From: a virus
Taxonomy: Duplodnaviria; Caudoviricetes
Virus record (IMG/VR): IMGVR_UViG_3300005512_000040
Location: 1-57,231 of that record
DNA length: 57,231 bases
Direction: 5' to 3' (one strand)
The notes beneath the pieces were generated by a model. The model searched no databases and was not told the DNA's origin. It was given only the letters and a program-made list of their open reading frames with translations. The first letter of the stretch is position 1, and each line of letters starts with the position of its first letter. The position numbers were made by a program, and so were the translations under genes. Of this stretch, positions 16,966 to 28,500 are shown piece by piece.

Positions 16966-19266
16966 ATGGCAAGCGACAGAAGCGAGAAATTAACCACGCC
17001 AAACACAAGCCCGAACGGAATGGTCGCAGGCAATGCCGTTATCGCCATTCCAGACAAGAAGAACCTGCCGGAACAGAAGGCGCACGAAGACGACCCGCTG
17101 GCAGAACAGAACAATCTCGCAGGTGACGAGGAGTTGTGCGACTCGGCGTGGAACTGGTGGCACATGCAGTACCAGCGGTACAAGTCGCAGTCTCAGCGCG
17201 TGGCGTGGGTTGACGGCGAGGGCAGCAACACCGCCAATCTCGACTTTGCTGATAGGGCTTGGCGCATTGCAGAACGGCGTGACAACGGCAACTCTCAGTA
17301 CCAGGATACCCTCTCGAACGTAGCCAATGGCGTGTACTACGACGTCGTTCGCACCAATTCTGCCGCCCTTAGTGCCATTTTCTTCGGGACCACCGAGGAG
17401 CTTCCCGCGGCGTTTGAGCCGGAAGTCGATACCGAGGAGTATTCCCCAGAGATCGGCAAGGAGATTGCGGCAAAGCAGAACGCGCTGGAGTTGTTTACGT
17501 GGGACGAGGACAAGCGGCGATCCAAGGTCAAGGAAGTCATCCTGTACAACGAGAAGAACGCCAACGAAATGGTGAGCATGGGATGGGCTCAGGAGTGGGA
17601 TGAAAGATGGGAGCGCGTTCCCGATGGGCTGGACGACGACGGAAGACCCAAGAAGTTCAAGCGCGAGAAGAAGCAACGACTCGTCAAGGCGGTGCCGACA
17701 TTTCAACGCCACGACTTGAAGGACTGCTTCTTCGACGCCATGATTGACGACATGGACTTGCAACAGGCGATCGGCATTCGCGAACAGTGGACGTACGACA
17801 AGCTCTCGCGTGAGTACGCGGCTGGTCGAATCAAGAACCTCGATCAAGTCAACGCAAGCCACCTGTACTTCGAGAAGACGCAAATCATGGACGACCGGCA
17901 GACCAATGCTGGAGAGAGTCCGACGCAGGGAGAAAACGGGCTGTTCGAGATTTGGCAAGTCAAGGGCTGGATGCCGATTAAGGAGAAGCAGCGCAAGGAC
18001 AAGAAAAGCGGTAAAGGAACGTGGAAAGAGGGTAATAAGCTGGGTTATTACTGGGCTACGTTCGCCGGAGAACCAGGCAAGAAGGCCGTATGTCTGCGCC
18101 TGATACTCGACCCGTTCTGGCTCATCATGGGCCGCAGCAACTTCCGCCTGTTGCACTCCGAGAAAGACGACAAGGGCGCGTGGCATGACGGCAATCCGAC
18201 GCGATTGACGAGCATCTACTGGCAACTTGTCACCAACGACAATCAGGGATGCGACAGCATTACCAAGCAGGTCAACGCTCCGCACTGGACGAATGGGCGC
18301 GTCAAGAAACGCAACCTCGTGTATCGGCAGAACGATCTGGTCAAGGTGAGTCCCGGTGCGGCGTACGGCATTCTGCCAGTGCCGGACGTGACGCAGGCGG
18401 TTGCCGCCAATCGTGGGTACTTCCTTGGCGAAGCGAAGAAAATCGGCGGGACAGACAAGCCGCTGTCTGCCGAGGCGCTTGGCAGTCGTACGTCGGCGCG
18501 CGAGGCACAGAACGTGTTTGATGCGTCGATGCTGCCGCTGGACGAGAAGGCTGCGTACTTCGGTGAAGACCAGCTATTCGGCTGGATGTACGAGTGGGAC
18601 GCACAGATTTGGCGTACGTGGGCACCAGACAAGCTAAAGCGCACGGTTCTGCTGGACGGCGAAGAGGTCGAGATAAAGCCATCCGAGCTTTGGGGGCCGA
18701 TACGGACGCGAGTGACGGCGTTGACGCGATTCCACAACACAACCGTCAAGCGTCAGGAGATCAACTCCATGATTCAGGGTACATGGGGCATGGCAGAGAA
18801 GTCGAGTTCGCCGGATGGTGCGCGGTTCATGTGGCGTCAGTTGTACGGACTTGCCGGATTTGAGCAGCCAGAGCGCATATTCCCCGAGGGCAGCGATGCC
18901 GATGCCGAGGAAAACGCCTTCCGCGCCGTCGATGAAATCATTGCAGGTGGCTGGGTTGAGCCGCGTCCGCACCACAACCACCGCGTATGGTCGCGAGTAT
19001 TCGAGGAAGCGATTGCCGAATACGCAAATCTCGCACCGAACGAGCAGGACCAGATGACCGCTCGTGCGCTTCGCCAAATCAAGCAACTGCATGACGAGTT
19101 CATACAGCGCGAAGAGGCGCGCGTAGGAGCACCAGGAGAGGCACAGGCGGCTGCGGCCCTTGGCGGAGGGCTACCGGGAGGCGAGGTGCCTGTAGGCGGT
19201 CCAGCTGGCGATCTGGCGGGCGACCAGGCAGTAGCACAGCAAGGGGAGGCGTTGAATGTCGGATAA
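16966..19266 (+). CDS. Portal protein
   Basis: 766 aa, after TerL and before scaffold; ...ALGSRTSAREAQ motif typical of podoviral portals. Confidence 0.8.
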   Translation: MASDRSEKLTTPNTSPNGMVAGNAVIAIPDKKNLPEQKAHEDDPLAEQNNLAGDEELCDSAWNWWHMQYQRYKSQSQRVAWVDGEGSNTANLDFADRAWRIAERRDNGNSQYQDTLSNVANGVYYDVVRTNSAALSAIFFGTTEELPAAFEPEVDTEEYSPEIGKEIAAKQNALELFTWDEDKRRSKVKEVILYNEKNANEMVSMGWAQEWDERWERVPDGLDDDGRPKKFKREKKQRLVKAVPTFQRHDLKDCFFDAMIDDMDLQQAIGIREQWTYDKLSREYAAGRIKNLDQVNASHLYFEKTQIMDDRQTNAGESPTQGENGLFEIWQVKGWMPIKEKQRKDKKSGKGTWKEGNKLGYYWATFAGEPGKKAVCLRLILDPFWLIMGRSNFRLLHSEKDDKGAWHDGNPTRLTSIYWQLVTNDNQGCDSITKQVNAPHWTNGRVKKRNLVYRQNDLVKVSPGAAYGILPVPDVTQAVAANRGYFLGEAKKIGGTDKPLSAEALGSRTSAREAQNVFDASMLPLDEKAAYFGEDQLFGWMYEWDAQIWRTWAPDKLKRTVLLDGEEVEIKPSELWGPIRTRVTALTRFHNTTVKRQEINSMIQGTWGMAEKSSSPDGARFMWRQLYGLAGFEQPERIFPEGSDADAEENAFRAVDEIIAGGWVEPRPHHNHRVWSRVFEEAIAEYANLAPNEQDQMTARALRQIKQLHDEFIQREEARVGAPGEAQAAAALGGGLPGGEVPVGGPAGDLAGDQAVAQQGEALNVG

Positions 19267-19540
19267 GCAGGACAATGTAGAGATTGACGGGGCAGAGGAG
19301 GAAGTGCCCCGCGAGAAGGCGGAAGGAATGCTTGCCATACTGCAAGAGCAGGGATGGAAGGATGTTTACGACACGTTCATTGGTCCGGCGCTGGAATCCG
19401 CCCACGAAGGTCTGGATGCCGGTGAGTTTGGCGATATGCCGATTGAACTGATACGCCACAATTCCGGCATGTGCTCGCTGGCCTCACGCATCCGCGACTT
19501 GCCAGAGACGATTGCCATTGCGCTGAACGTGCAGCAATAA
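19256..19540 (+). CDS. Small protein following the portal
   Basis: Overlaps the portal stop; GW..V motif. Confidence 0.65.
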   Translation: MSDKQDNVEIDGAEEEVPREKAEGMLAILQEQGWKDVYDTFIGPALESAHEGLDAGEFGDMPIELIRHNSGMCSLASRIRDLPETIAIALNVQQ

Positions 19541-19674
19541 CCACGTATTTGAAGTTTTCTCTTGCGAAGCATACAGAAATGCAATAGTGTGTTCTTGAAG
19601 TTACAAATATGTAACGCTCGGCGGACAAGCCCACAATTCTGTGCGCCCTGCCGATCACAACACGGAGGCAGTAA

Positions 19675-20460
19675 ATGCCCGATAACACAGTAATCGGCGG
19701 ACAAGGCGAGGATGCCCCTGCTGATGACAAGACGGCCACGGTAAAAGGCGTCGCTCCCCAGGAGGCTGGACAAGAGCAACCGTACTTGCATACGTGGAAA
19801 TCACGAGAGGATGCGGAAAAAGGAATCGAAGACCTCCAGAAGCAGTTGAACGATGCTCGGTCTCGCGCAGACAAGGCGAGGCAGGAAGCGCAGGAAAAGT
19901 CACAACTGGCACAGGTATTGGAGAAACTCGGTTCCGTTCAAGCTCCACAAGGACCGACACCAGAGCAGCAACAGGCAGACCGCGCTGCGCTAATCGAGAA
20001 ACTCGACAGCAACCTCGACGGAGAGTTGATTGTTGGATTGCTTGAGGATGCGATGGCGCGAACCGAGGACGCAGCGACACAACGCTCGGCCAAGGAAATC
20101 GAAGACCTGAAACAAGCTCTTGGTCAGGTTACTGAAAGACTGAGCGAGTATGACCCAGAGTGGCAGAAGACAGCGCCGGTTATCGAAGAACTGGGACTCA
20201 AGGAAGTCCTTGGCGACGGCGTTGACCGAAACACGATGATTAAAGTCGCAAAGCTAATCAGTGACGCGAAAGGACCGTCGCAGCCGGATCAGGCAGTACC
20301 GCCTGGAAGTATCGGTGGACAGGCGGTGTCGGGACAGACAGCAGAAGTAGACGCGAAGACGGCAGAAACCGTCAGGGGTCTCGTTAAAGCGGTGACAGGT
20401 CGCGAACCTACAGATGCACAGCACGCAAGGGCTGAAAAGAAGTGGAGCAAGAAACAGTAA
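19675..20460 (+). CDS. Putative scaffolding protein
   Basis: Acidic, coiled-coil; KSREDAEKGIEDLQK motif; upstream of the capsid genes. Confidence 0.7.
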   Translation: MPDNTVIGGQGEDAPADDKTATVKGVAPQEAGQEQPYLHTWKSREDAEKGIEDLQKQLNDARSRADKARQEAQEKSQLAQVLEKLGSVQAPQGPTPEQQQADRAALIEKLDSNLDGELIVGLLEDAMARTEDAATQRSAKEIEDLKQALGQVTERLSEYDPEWQKTAPVIEELGLKEVLGDGVDRNTMIKVAKLISDAKGPSQPDQAVPPGSIGGQAVSGQTAEVDAKTAETVRGLVKAVTGREPTDAQHARAEKKWSKKQ

Positions 20461-20948
20461 TGAGTAACGAAACAACACAACTCACGAAGGCTACGCTGAC
20501 CGATTTGCGTAAAAGGGCAGAGCACCAGCAAGTGCTGCGCAAGAAAGCCCCGAACGTAGACATTGGCGTTTCCGTCCGTATCCCGTTCAAGATGCTGGAG
20601 AAGCGCGTCCTCGACCGTTACAAGTCGGAGAACGTGGACCCCAGCACCATTCACACTATCCCGATCCCGATGAAGCGTGCGACCGAGTTTGCGGAACGCG
20701 GCTACATCGTTGAACTGGATAGCGCAGGCCAGCCGTATGAGGACCAAGGGCACATCATGATGACGTGTCCGCAGGAACAGTTCCTTGAAGGCAGGAAGAA
20801 CGTCGCGGAACGCTCTCGCAGGAAGCAAGAGGCATTCGAGAAAGACGTGAAACTTGCCGCCGAGAAGAGTGGTTCCGACATGGAAATGAAGACTGGCCAC
20901 ATTGATACAAGCGGTGGCGGCGTGAATGCCGTTGCCGATGAAGACTAA
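20460..20948 (+). CDS. Hypothetical head-module protein
   Basis: ORF coupled to the scaffold gene. Confidence 0.65.
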   Translation: MSNETTQLTKATLTDLRKRAEHQQVLRKKAPNVDIGVSVRIPFKMLEKRVLDRYKSENVDPSTIHTIPIPMKRATEFAERGYIVELDSAGQPYEDQGHIMMTCPQEQFLEGRKNVAERSRRKQEAFEKDVKLAAEKSGSDMEMKTGHIDTSGGGVNAVADED

Positions 20949-21011
20949 CAACTCCGCGAGCAGCGCATAACGGGCGATTCCGCATGGCTGTCGTGGAAAG
21001 GAGAATGAACA

Positions 21012-21542
21012 ATGGCGATTACACGCAAGACTCAGATTGAGTTCTACGGTCGCGAAGACGGCAGCAATGCACCGCCCACGACTCGGACGGTGCCGATTGC
21101 GGCATCTCAGGGAATCATCTACGAAGGTTCCCCGATGTACCGTTCCAGCACGAGCGGCCAGTGGAAACTGGTTGCGACGTCTGCTGGCACAGATGCAATC
21201 CACGGATTCCTGATGACCGACATCGACGTCGAGCAGGACGCCGGTACGCAGATTCAGGTGGCTCTGGCCTCTGACGAAGTTCTGTACCGCATCTACGCAG
21301 AGAACAACGGTGCAGATGTTGCCGAGAGCGGCGTCACTAAGGGCGCTCAGTACGGCATGACCGTTGACACGGCGACCGGATTTCGCGGGTGGACCACCCT
21401 CGACATTAACAACGCCAACGACGTGTTCACCGTTGAGGAAGGCATGTCTGTGCGGGACGACATCAAGTTTGCGTCCACCGACAGCCCTGGCTGCGTAATC
21501 GTTAAGATTATCGGCAGCGTAATCGAACAGCAGAAGGCATAA
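21012..21542 (+). CDS. Putative capsid decoration/cement protein
   Basis: Beta-rich, 176 aa, directly upstream of the MCP. Confidence 0.6.
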   Translation: MAITRKTQIEFYGREDGSNAPPTTRTVPIAASQGIIYEGSPMYRSSTSGQWKLVATSAGTDAIHGFLMTDIDVEQDAGTQIQVALASDEVLYRIYAENNGADVAESGVTKGAQYGMTVDTATGFRGWTTLDINNANDVFTVEEGMSVRDDIKFASTDSPGCVIVKIIGSVIEQQKA

Positions 21543-21554
21543 GGAGATCCACCA

Positions 21555-22499
21555 ATGGCTATCCAAGGAAACGAATGGTTGAAAGCTCTTGGCAGCATGG
21601 ATCGCAATACGTGGCCCGCGCTGCTTGACAAGACGATTGATGAAATGTGGGAGATGAGGGACAGCGTTCCAGGCATGAACCTCGCGCAGTTCTTCGACGT
21701 CGAAAACATTAGCGGAATGAAGACGTTCTCGCTGAGCTACGTGACGAACGAGTTGCCTCTGCCTCGCCTCAACAGCGATGGCGATGCGATGCCGTATGTC
21801 ACCGCCGCTCCCGGTCGCAGTCAGTCCTTCACGGTGCAGTGGTATCGCCTTGCGGTACGCGCTCTCCGCGATGCGTTTGAGACCGACCGCTTCGACGAGA
21901 TCATGTTCTCGCTGTCTGGCCTGACCCAGTCGCCCATGCGCTTTGACGAGTACAAGCGTGCGGCGATCCTGGACAACGCATTCAGCGGCACGGCAGGCGA
22001 CGACGAGAAGCCTCTGTGTGCGAACGACCACCCGAACGAAGATACGGAAACCGGCACTTGGGACAACCTGAGTACTGGCGTCCTTTCTGGTCCGAACCTG
22101 CATTCATCGCGTTTACTGATGGAGCGCATGACCGGTGCCAAGGGCAATCCGTTCGACGTCATGGGACAGGTTGTTCTCATCACGCCCGAGAACGAGCAGA
22201 CCATCATCGAGTTGACCAAGACCGACCGCAAGCCAGACAACACGGTTTGGGACGTCAACGCGCTGCTGCCCGAGTTCGGGTACGTCAAGAACAAGTACAC
22301 GTCTGACACGGACGCCTACTTCGTCTTTGGCAATCTCAACGGTCGCCAGAAGGGTCTCCACGAGGTCCAGTTGGCCGATTGGGATTTGAGCGACAACAGC
22401 CCGCAGAACGTGGACATCCGCATCGACCGCCGCATCCGCGGCGCGAAGGTGTTTGGGTTCACGCACAGCAGGAACGTCGTCGGTTCGGCAGGTGCCTAA
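21555..22499 (+). CDS. Major capsid protein
   Basis: 314 aa; AAILDNAF...DDEKPLCANDHP and ...VGSAGA end, typical of a family of HK97-fold MCPs; position. Confidence 0.82.
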   Translation: MAIQGNEWLKALGSMDRNTWPALLDKTIDEMWEMRDSVPGMNLAQFFDVENISGMKTFSLSYVTNELPLPRLNSDGDAMPYVTAAPGRSQSFTVQWYRLAVRALRDAFETDRFDEIMFSLSGLTQSPMRFDEYKRAAILDNAFSGTAGDDEKPLCANDHPNEDTETGTWDNLSTGVLSGPNLHSSRLLMERMTGAKGNPFDVMGQVVLITPENEQTIIELTKTDRKPDNTVWDVNALLPEFGYVKNKYTSDTDAYFVFGNLNGRQKGLHEVQLADWDLSDNSPQNVDIRIDRRIRGAKVFGFTHSRNVVGSAGA

Positions 22500-22559
22500 G
22501 CAATCACGGGCGCGGCTGGTTCATTCCGGTCGCGCCCACAACCCTCAAAGGGGGTAGAA

Positions 22560-23132
22560 ATGAAGAAACTCTTACTGATTGCGATTCCGGTGCTTGCCCT
22601 CGTGGGGTTTGCGCTGGCCGAGTCTGTGACGGTTCCGCTGGGTTTTGGCTCGACGTATGGCACGGCGACTGTGGCTGGTGACAGCGACACGAAGTTGACG
22701 ACCATCACGGCTGATTCCCTTGTTGGCGACGTGACGGGCGACATCACTGGCAACATCACGGGCGACGTGACCGGCAATCTCACCGGCAACGTAACGGGCA
22801 ACATCACTGGTAACGCCACCGGAAACTTCACGGTTCCTACGAACCTGGTTGTTGGCGGCACGGCATCTGTTACCGGTGTTGCTACGTTTGCATCGACGCC
22901 CGTTTGTTCCGATGGCCTTACCGTTGCAACAAATGCGACGGTTGGTGGAACACTTGGAGTTACCGGCGTTGCTACGTTTACGGCCGCACCGAAACTCACT
23001 GCCGTAACCGCATCTGGAACGGCGACGGCACTGATGACGAACGCACCCGCCATTACGGAAGAGACTCCTGTTTGGATCAACGTCAGTGTTGGCACGAACA
23101 GCTACGTCATTCCCGCATGGCTCAAGGACTAA
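22560..23132 (+). CDS. Fibre-like protein with signal peptide and G(D/N)xT repeats
   Basis: MKKLLLIAIPVLALVGFALA; (GDVT/GNIT)n; LxVxGTxxVTGVATF twice. Confidence 0.75.
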   Translation: MKKLLLIAIPVLALVGFALAESVTVPLGFGSTYGTATVAGDSDTKLTTITADSLVGDVTGDITGNITGDVTGNLTGNVTGNITGNATGNFTVPTNLVVGGTASVTGVATFASTPVCSDGLTVATNATVGGTLGVTGVATFTAAPKLTAVTASGTATALMTNAPAITEETPVWINVSVGTNSYVIPAWLKD

Positions 23133-23143
23133 CACAATCCGGC

Positions 23144-23170
23144 GAGGGGGCGGGATTAGCCCCCGCCCTC
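23144..23170 (+). terminator. GC-rich hairpin
   Basis: GAGGGGGCGGG-ATTAG-CCCCCGCCCTC. Confidence 0.5.
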
Positions 23171-23190
23171 TCTCTGCTTAGGAGAGAGAC

Positions 23191-23637
23191 ATGAGACGCG
23201 AACTTATTGCGACACTCGCAGGATTGCTTGTTGCTGGTGCGGCCTTTGCGCAGCCGGTGACATACCAGTTTAGCTCGAAGGCGTGCGAGACGAACGCCGC
23301 CGCGCAGACCACCTACGCGCCAGACAGCGACATCGTTGTGCATGGCTTTGTTGACGCGGTGATCGTTGACCAGACCGGCACGGGAACGGGCACAGTTACG
23401 GTTGCGACACTTGCGGGGCCAACGGGAGCATCGCGTTCAATCCTGTCGATTGCAACTCAGAGCGCGGACGCGGTGTATCCGGCGCGTGACTTGGCGGCAA
23501 CACAGGCAGGCGTGGACATCACGGGCGAGCCAGTTAAAATTCCGTTGGTTGGCGACAAGCTGCGTGTGACTCTGTTCAACTGGGGCGCGACGAATAACAC
23601 CGCCAGCATTTACGTTGTTGTAACGCCAGAATCGTAA
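23191..23637 (+). CDS. Structural-module protein with signal peptide
   Basis: MRRELIATLAGLLVAGAAFA|Q. Confidence 0.7.
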   Translation: MRRELIATLAGLLVAGAAFAQPVTYQFSSKACETNAAAQTTYAPDSDIVVHGFVDAVIVDQTGTGTGTVTVATLAGPTGASRSILSIATQSADAVYPARDLAATQAGVDITGEPVKIPLVGDKLRVTLFNWGATNNTASIYVVVTPES

Positions 23638-23647
23638 GGAGGGCGGC

Positions 23648-24091
23648 ATGAAGAAGTTGCTAATTCTTGCGGCGTGCCTCTGTGCGCCTGCTTTCGTATT
23701 CGCGCAGGCCGACAACCAGCGCGAGGTTTGGCTTTCGAACACCGGCAACGTCACTGTGGTTAGCGGCGATGTGAGCTGCAGCGCCGTCAAGCAGTCCAAC
23801 CGCAACTCATCGAACACGTCTGTATTTCAGGGGTTCGCAACTGGTTCTGGCGTCAGCAACACGGTCACGGTTGGCGAGGAAAGCGTAGACTCCATCTATT
23901 CGGGCGGGACCGCCATCAGCATCAAGCGCGACTACTCTGCGCGCAACATTGCGGGCGGTCAGTCGAGGCGCAATGAGATCATATTGAAGACAGACGAGTA
24001 TTACGCATTCACGCTGTCAAACAACGAGACGTCCACGCAGGGCGGACAGATCCGGCTTGAGTGGTACGAGCATACGCCGAAGACGGATTAG
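23648..24091 (+). CDS. Structural-module protein with signal peptide
   Basis: MKKLLILAACLCAPAFVFA|Q. Confidence 0.7.
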   Translation: MKKLLILAACLCAPAFVFAQADNQREVWLSNTGNVTVVSGDVSCSAVKQSNRNSSNTSVFQGFATGSGVSNTVTVGEESVDSIYSGGTAISIKRDYSARNIAGGQSRRNEIILKTDEYYAFTLSNNETSTQGGQIRLEWYEHTPKTD

Positions 24092-24100
24092 GAGCACGCA

Positions 24101-24508
24101 ATGGCAAACATCTCTGTCAACAGACTGCTTAAGTCGATGCAGCGCAAGTTCAAACTGGCGAGCGTTGACAATTTCGATATCGACTTTCTCGACGCGCTTC
24201 GGCGGACCGTTGGCAGGATCAACGTCAATGCAGACCTAGAGACGCGCATCACCATGCCAGACAACACCCAGGGCACGTTGAACCTTGACGACGCCTACGA
24301 GTATGTCGTCACGAACTGCCTGATTGTCGAGTTGTGGAAGATGGGACTCGCCATTCGTGGCGACAAGGACAACGAGTTTGCGCTACGCATCGAACGAAGG
24401 GTAGACGACGATATCGACATGATTCGGCAGGACATTCTCAACCAGGCGCGTGATGACGACCCAGACGACGAGGACGACCTTGTTGCGCTGGGCGGACTTG
24501 GCGACTAG
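24101..24508 (+). CDS. Putative head-tail adaptor
   Basis: Helical, 135 aa; position. Confidence 0.5.
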   Translation: MANISVNRLLKSMQRKFKLASVDNFDIDFLDALRRTVGRINVNADLETRITMPDNTQGTLNLDDAYEYVVTNCLIVELWKMGLAIRGDKDNEFALRIERRVDDDIDMIRQDILNQARDDDPDDEDDLVALGGLGD

Positions 24509-24526
24509 CCCAAAGGGGTACGACAC

Positions 24527-25588
24527 ATGGCACTCATACTTGACGACTCGCCAGAACTCGTACTTCTGTCTGGTTCCACCGAGGACGTGACGCTACCGCC
24601 TCGCATCAACACCGAACTTCCGGCAACCGAACTCGGCACGGCAGACACGCCGGACGGATACGGCTTTGACCTCGACAACGACGGCGTGATTTCCAAGGGC
24701 ACACAGCCGTCAGGAACGAGCCGCGTGCAGAAGGCGGTAGTCATAGACGGCCTGACGTATTACTGGCACTACAGGCGACTGTGGCGCTTCTCCGGCACGT
24801 TCCTTGAAGTGGGCGCGATGGACTACGATGACATCTGGCGTCAAGAGGGTCCGCGCATGGAGTTTAACGAGGATGCGCAACCGATTCTCGCCATTGTTCC
24901 GTTTGGCGAGGACAATATGCTGGTCGTCAAGAGTACGGGCAGCTACGTGTTGCAGAACACCTTTGACACTCGCGGTCCCGGTTTCTTCAATCGCGGCCCA
25001 CTCGTGCAGGAGATGCGTGCAGCGGCGGCTAACCGAGTGGCCGAGTTGGACGGAGCGGTGTATGCGTCGAATGACGACGGCGTGTTCTCGTACAGTGCGG
25101 GGCGCGACGAGGCGGTAGAAGTCACGCGGTTGGCTCGCGGTCTGTCCAGTTCGATTTGGGGCGGTGCGCTGACGGTTGATTACGACAAGAAGCGCATCAT
25201 CGTAGGGTCGAGTGCGGCTATCGTCGGCAGCAATGTCTACCGGTACAGCGGCAACTCGTTCTGGTACACGACGCCGGAGCTGCGGCATGCTTCCTACAAT
25301 CCTATCTCGGTTGGTGCAATCGTGTTCGTCGTGCGGCATCCGTCGTCTTCGTTTGGCAACATCAAGTACCAGACGAGGACGGAAGGCGGAAACTGGAGCA
25401 GTGTACAGACCGTTGGCGTGCCATACCAGCGCGACGGGTTTACGATTGTTCGTGCCGACGTGCCAGACCCCGATGACGATGCGTGCCGCAGGTTCCAGTT
25501 GCGGATTACGGACATAGGCGGAAGCAAGCAGATTGAGCGCATATACGCTTATGCGCAAACCCACGAATTTGACATAGGTACGAGATGA
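24527..25588 (+). CDS. Putative tail nozzle/stabilisation protein
   Basis: Beta-propeller-like pattern; position after the adaptor. Confidence 0.5.
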   Translation: MALILDDSPELVLLSGSTEDVTLPPRINTELPATELGTADTPDGYGFDLDNDGVISKGTQPSGTSRVQKAVVIDGLTYYWHYRRLWRFSGTFLEVGAMDYDDIWRQEGPRMEFNEDAQPILAIVPFGEDNMLVVKSTGSYVLQNTFDTRGPGFFNRGPLVQEMRAAAANRVAELDGAVYASNDDGVFSYSAGRDEAVEVTRLARGLSSSIWGGALTVDYDKKRIIVGSSAAIVGSNVYRYSGNSFWYTTPELRHASYNPISVGAIVFVVRHPSSSFGNIKYQTRTEGGNWSSVQTVGVPYQRDGFTIVRADVPDPDDDACRRFQLRITDIGGSKQIERIYAYAQTHEFDIGTR

Positions 25589-28500
25589 CATCACCAATCC
25601 TAGCCACGGCACTGAGCAACAGCACCGCGCTACTGCGTTCGTACACCGTTGACCCGCAACTTGGCAAGGTCATCGAGCTTGTCAGGACGTGGGAGCATAT
25701 CGACTCGCGTTATGCCGAGTCGCTGGTGGATTCGATGAGCACGACGGGGCCGGTGATTAACCCCGTGGCGTCCAGCAGCGTGTATAGCGGAACGTGGTAT
25801 CGGGCGAACGATATTGGCGCAGAGCAGATGCCGATGCAGGACCACATCATCATCGTTGAGACGCTGGTGCCGGATACGCTTGGAAGCAAGACCTACAGCC
25901 ATGCCGTGAATTGCAGGGAGAGCCGCACGGTTGAGTTGTTCTACGATTTGACTGCGGGGCAGATAGACACAGTTCTGGCGGATTACGCCTCGTCCTCACG
26001 AGGACACTATTACAATGTCAACGTGTCCCGCAACAATAACGGTACGTGGGACGTGATCGTGGTTGACCGCGTTGGGCAAGCGTACACCGATGCAGAGTTC
26101 ACGAGTGCAGACAGCACGGACTCTATCGACCGGACGCAGCGCAAGTACAACCAGTCCAACACTACGCTGTCACGGTCGCCGTCTCAGGGCGTGACGGTGA
26201 CGGCAGACATGACGCTCAACGAGTTCTGCCTGTGGGACAAGACCGAGCGCGGAACAACCAGCAAAGAGCACGGCGTTGCGACACACATCAACCGCGCTGC
26301 ATCTGGCGTGATTGAGACTCGTACGGTTGACCTTAACGAGCGCAGCGTTCCGGTTGACGCCACGAGTTCCCAGGGTATCGTCAACACGCAGGAAGTCGCC
26401 AAGCAGCAAGACGGCACGTACGATATTGTGCAGAACAGCCAGACGAGTGTGCCGCTTGACGCCGATGGCAACAGGATCGCAGCTGGGTTCACGGAGGCCG
26501 TGTCTACCACCGAGAACAGTCGTAGCGAAATCACCGCATCTGATGGCGGGATCGGCGTTGTAACCTCCGCACAGAACGCGCCGAATGTTGACGGCACCTA
26601 CAACTCGCAGCTTACCAGCCGGACGTCATTGCAACTCGACGTAACGGCGAATGCGGCGGCTACAGGGTTCACGACCAGCACTACGCGGCAACGCAATGCA
26701 CGGGCGGTTCTGACGGCAGCAAGTCAGCAGGGCGTCACTCAGGAGTCCGACGCCAACAAGAATGACGATGGCACCATTGACACCAATCTCAGGAGCAGGA
26801 CGAGCGTACCACTGACGGCAGATGGCAACACCGATGCGGATGGATACACCGAAAGCGTGTCGGCCACCGATAACAGCCGCACCGAGATAGTGGCCACAGA
26901 CGGCGGGACCGGCGTCATCAACTCCGCACAGAACAACGCCAATGACGACGGCACATGGAACGCACGCCTCACCAGCCGCACCAGCATACCGCTGGAGTCT
27001 GACGGCAATGCCATTGCTGAGGGATACACCGAGGCCGTATCAACTACGGAGAATAGCCGTAGCGAGGTTGTTGCCACAGACGGCGGGACCGGCATAATCA
27101 ATACCGCACAGAACAACCCGAACGACGATGGCACGTTCAACGCACAACTGCGCTCGCGCACGTCGTTACCGCAGGCCGTCGCCGGGAATGAAAGTGCAAT
27201 AGGGTACGAGCGTTCGTCCACTCGTCTGCGCAACCAGACCGCAACTCCAGCAGCACCAGCCGCAAGCATCGGGATAATCAACGAGAACGACTGGAGCAAG
27301 AACGAGGACGGCACCAGCGACGGGACCATACGCAGTACAACCACGATTTCGCAGACAACCACAAGCGGCGAGACGGCGGTTGGCTACTCCGAAGACGGCA
27401 CCATTGTAGACCACGGTACAGTCGCGCTTGACGACTCAGGCAGTAGCGTCGGCGTTACGGTCCGAGCCAACAATCGCAACAATCCAGACGGAACGTTCAA
27501 CTCAGAGCGCACCGTACGCAGCGTCACCACTCAGGACGTATCCAGCGGCGAAGTGGCGATTGGCTATGATGAGAGCACCACGCGATTCAGAGACCAGCAG
27601 AGCGCCCCCGTACTCGCAGGTCCGTCTACAGGCATAATCAACACGACCGATACTTCCAAGAATACGGATGGCACGGTTGACGGCGTGGTCAGGTCGCGCA
27701 CGGCAAAGGCTCAGTTCGCAAACGGTGGCGAGAACGCCATTGGTTACGCGGAAGAGTCCCAGCGATTCAGGGACAAGAGCACCAGCACTCCGGTATCGAC
27801 TGCATCAATCGGCATCGTCTACTCAACCGAAGCGTCGCGGAACATTGACGGCACCGAGTCTGGCGTCGTGCGTTCGCGAACGGCCAATGCGCTGTTTGCC
27901 AACGGGAATGAGAACGCGGAAGGTTACGTATCATCCGCCACAAATCTCAGAAACCAGCACGCTCAGTCGGCGGCACCGGCATCGTCTGTTGGCGTCATCA
28001 ACGAGGCCAACTGGAGGCGCGGTGACGACGGGACGTATGACGGCACACTCAACAGCCGCACGAGCATCGAACAGCAGGCGGACGGCGAAGAGACGGCAAT
28101 AGGCGAATACACGTCAACCACGCGCCTTGACAACACCCAGCAGACGCTTGTGGCAACGTCGTCAATCGGCGTCACGGAAGTCGTTGACGCACGAAAGAAC
28201 GCAGATGGCACTGACAACGTGGTTAAGCGCAGTAGCACGCGCAACGAGCTTGAGGCACAGGGCACAGAATACGCCGACGCATACACGTCCAGCAGAACCA
28301 ACGTAAACGGTGCTCAGGCGCAGTTGACGGCTCCCGCCGCATCTACGGGCGTGATAACGTCTGCAGACAGCCAGAGAGAGCGTGACGGCACCTACAGGGG
28401 CGCTATCACAAGCCGTACGTCCATCTCGCAGACCACGACGGCACAGACGCTTGCCGAGGGGCAGATACGCAGCACGACCAAGCTGAGAAACGAGACCGCC

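Noticed and set aside
20289-22103. 604-aa minus-strand ORF (and similar long antisense ORFs at 16990, 31824 and 6953)
   Set aside because: Shadows of well-supported plus-strand genes in GC-rich DNA; no recognisable motifs.
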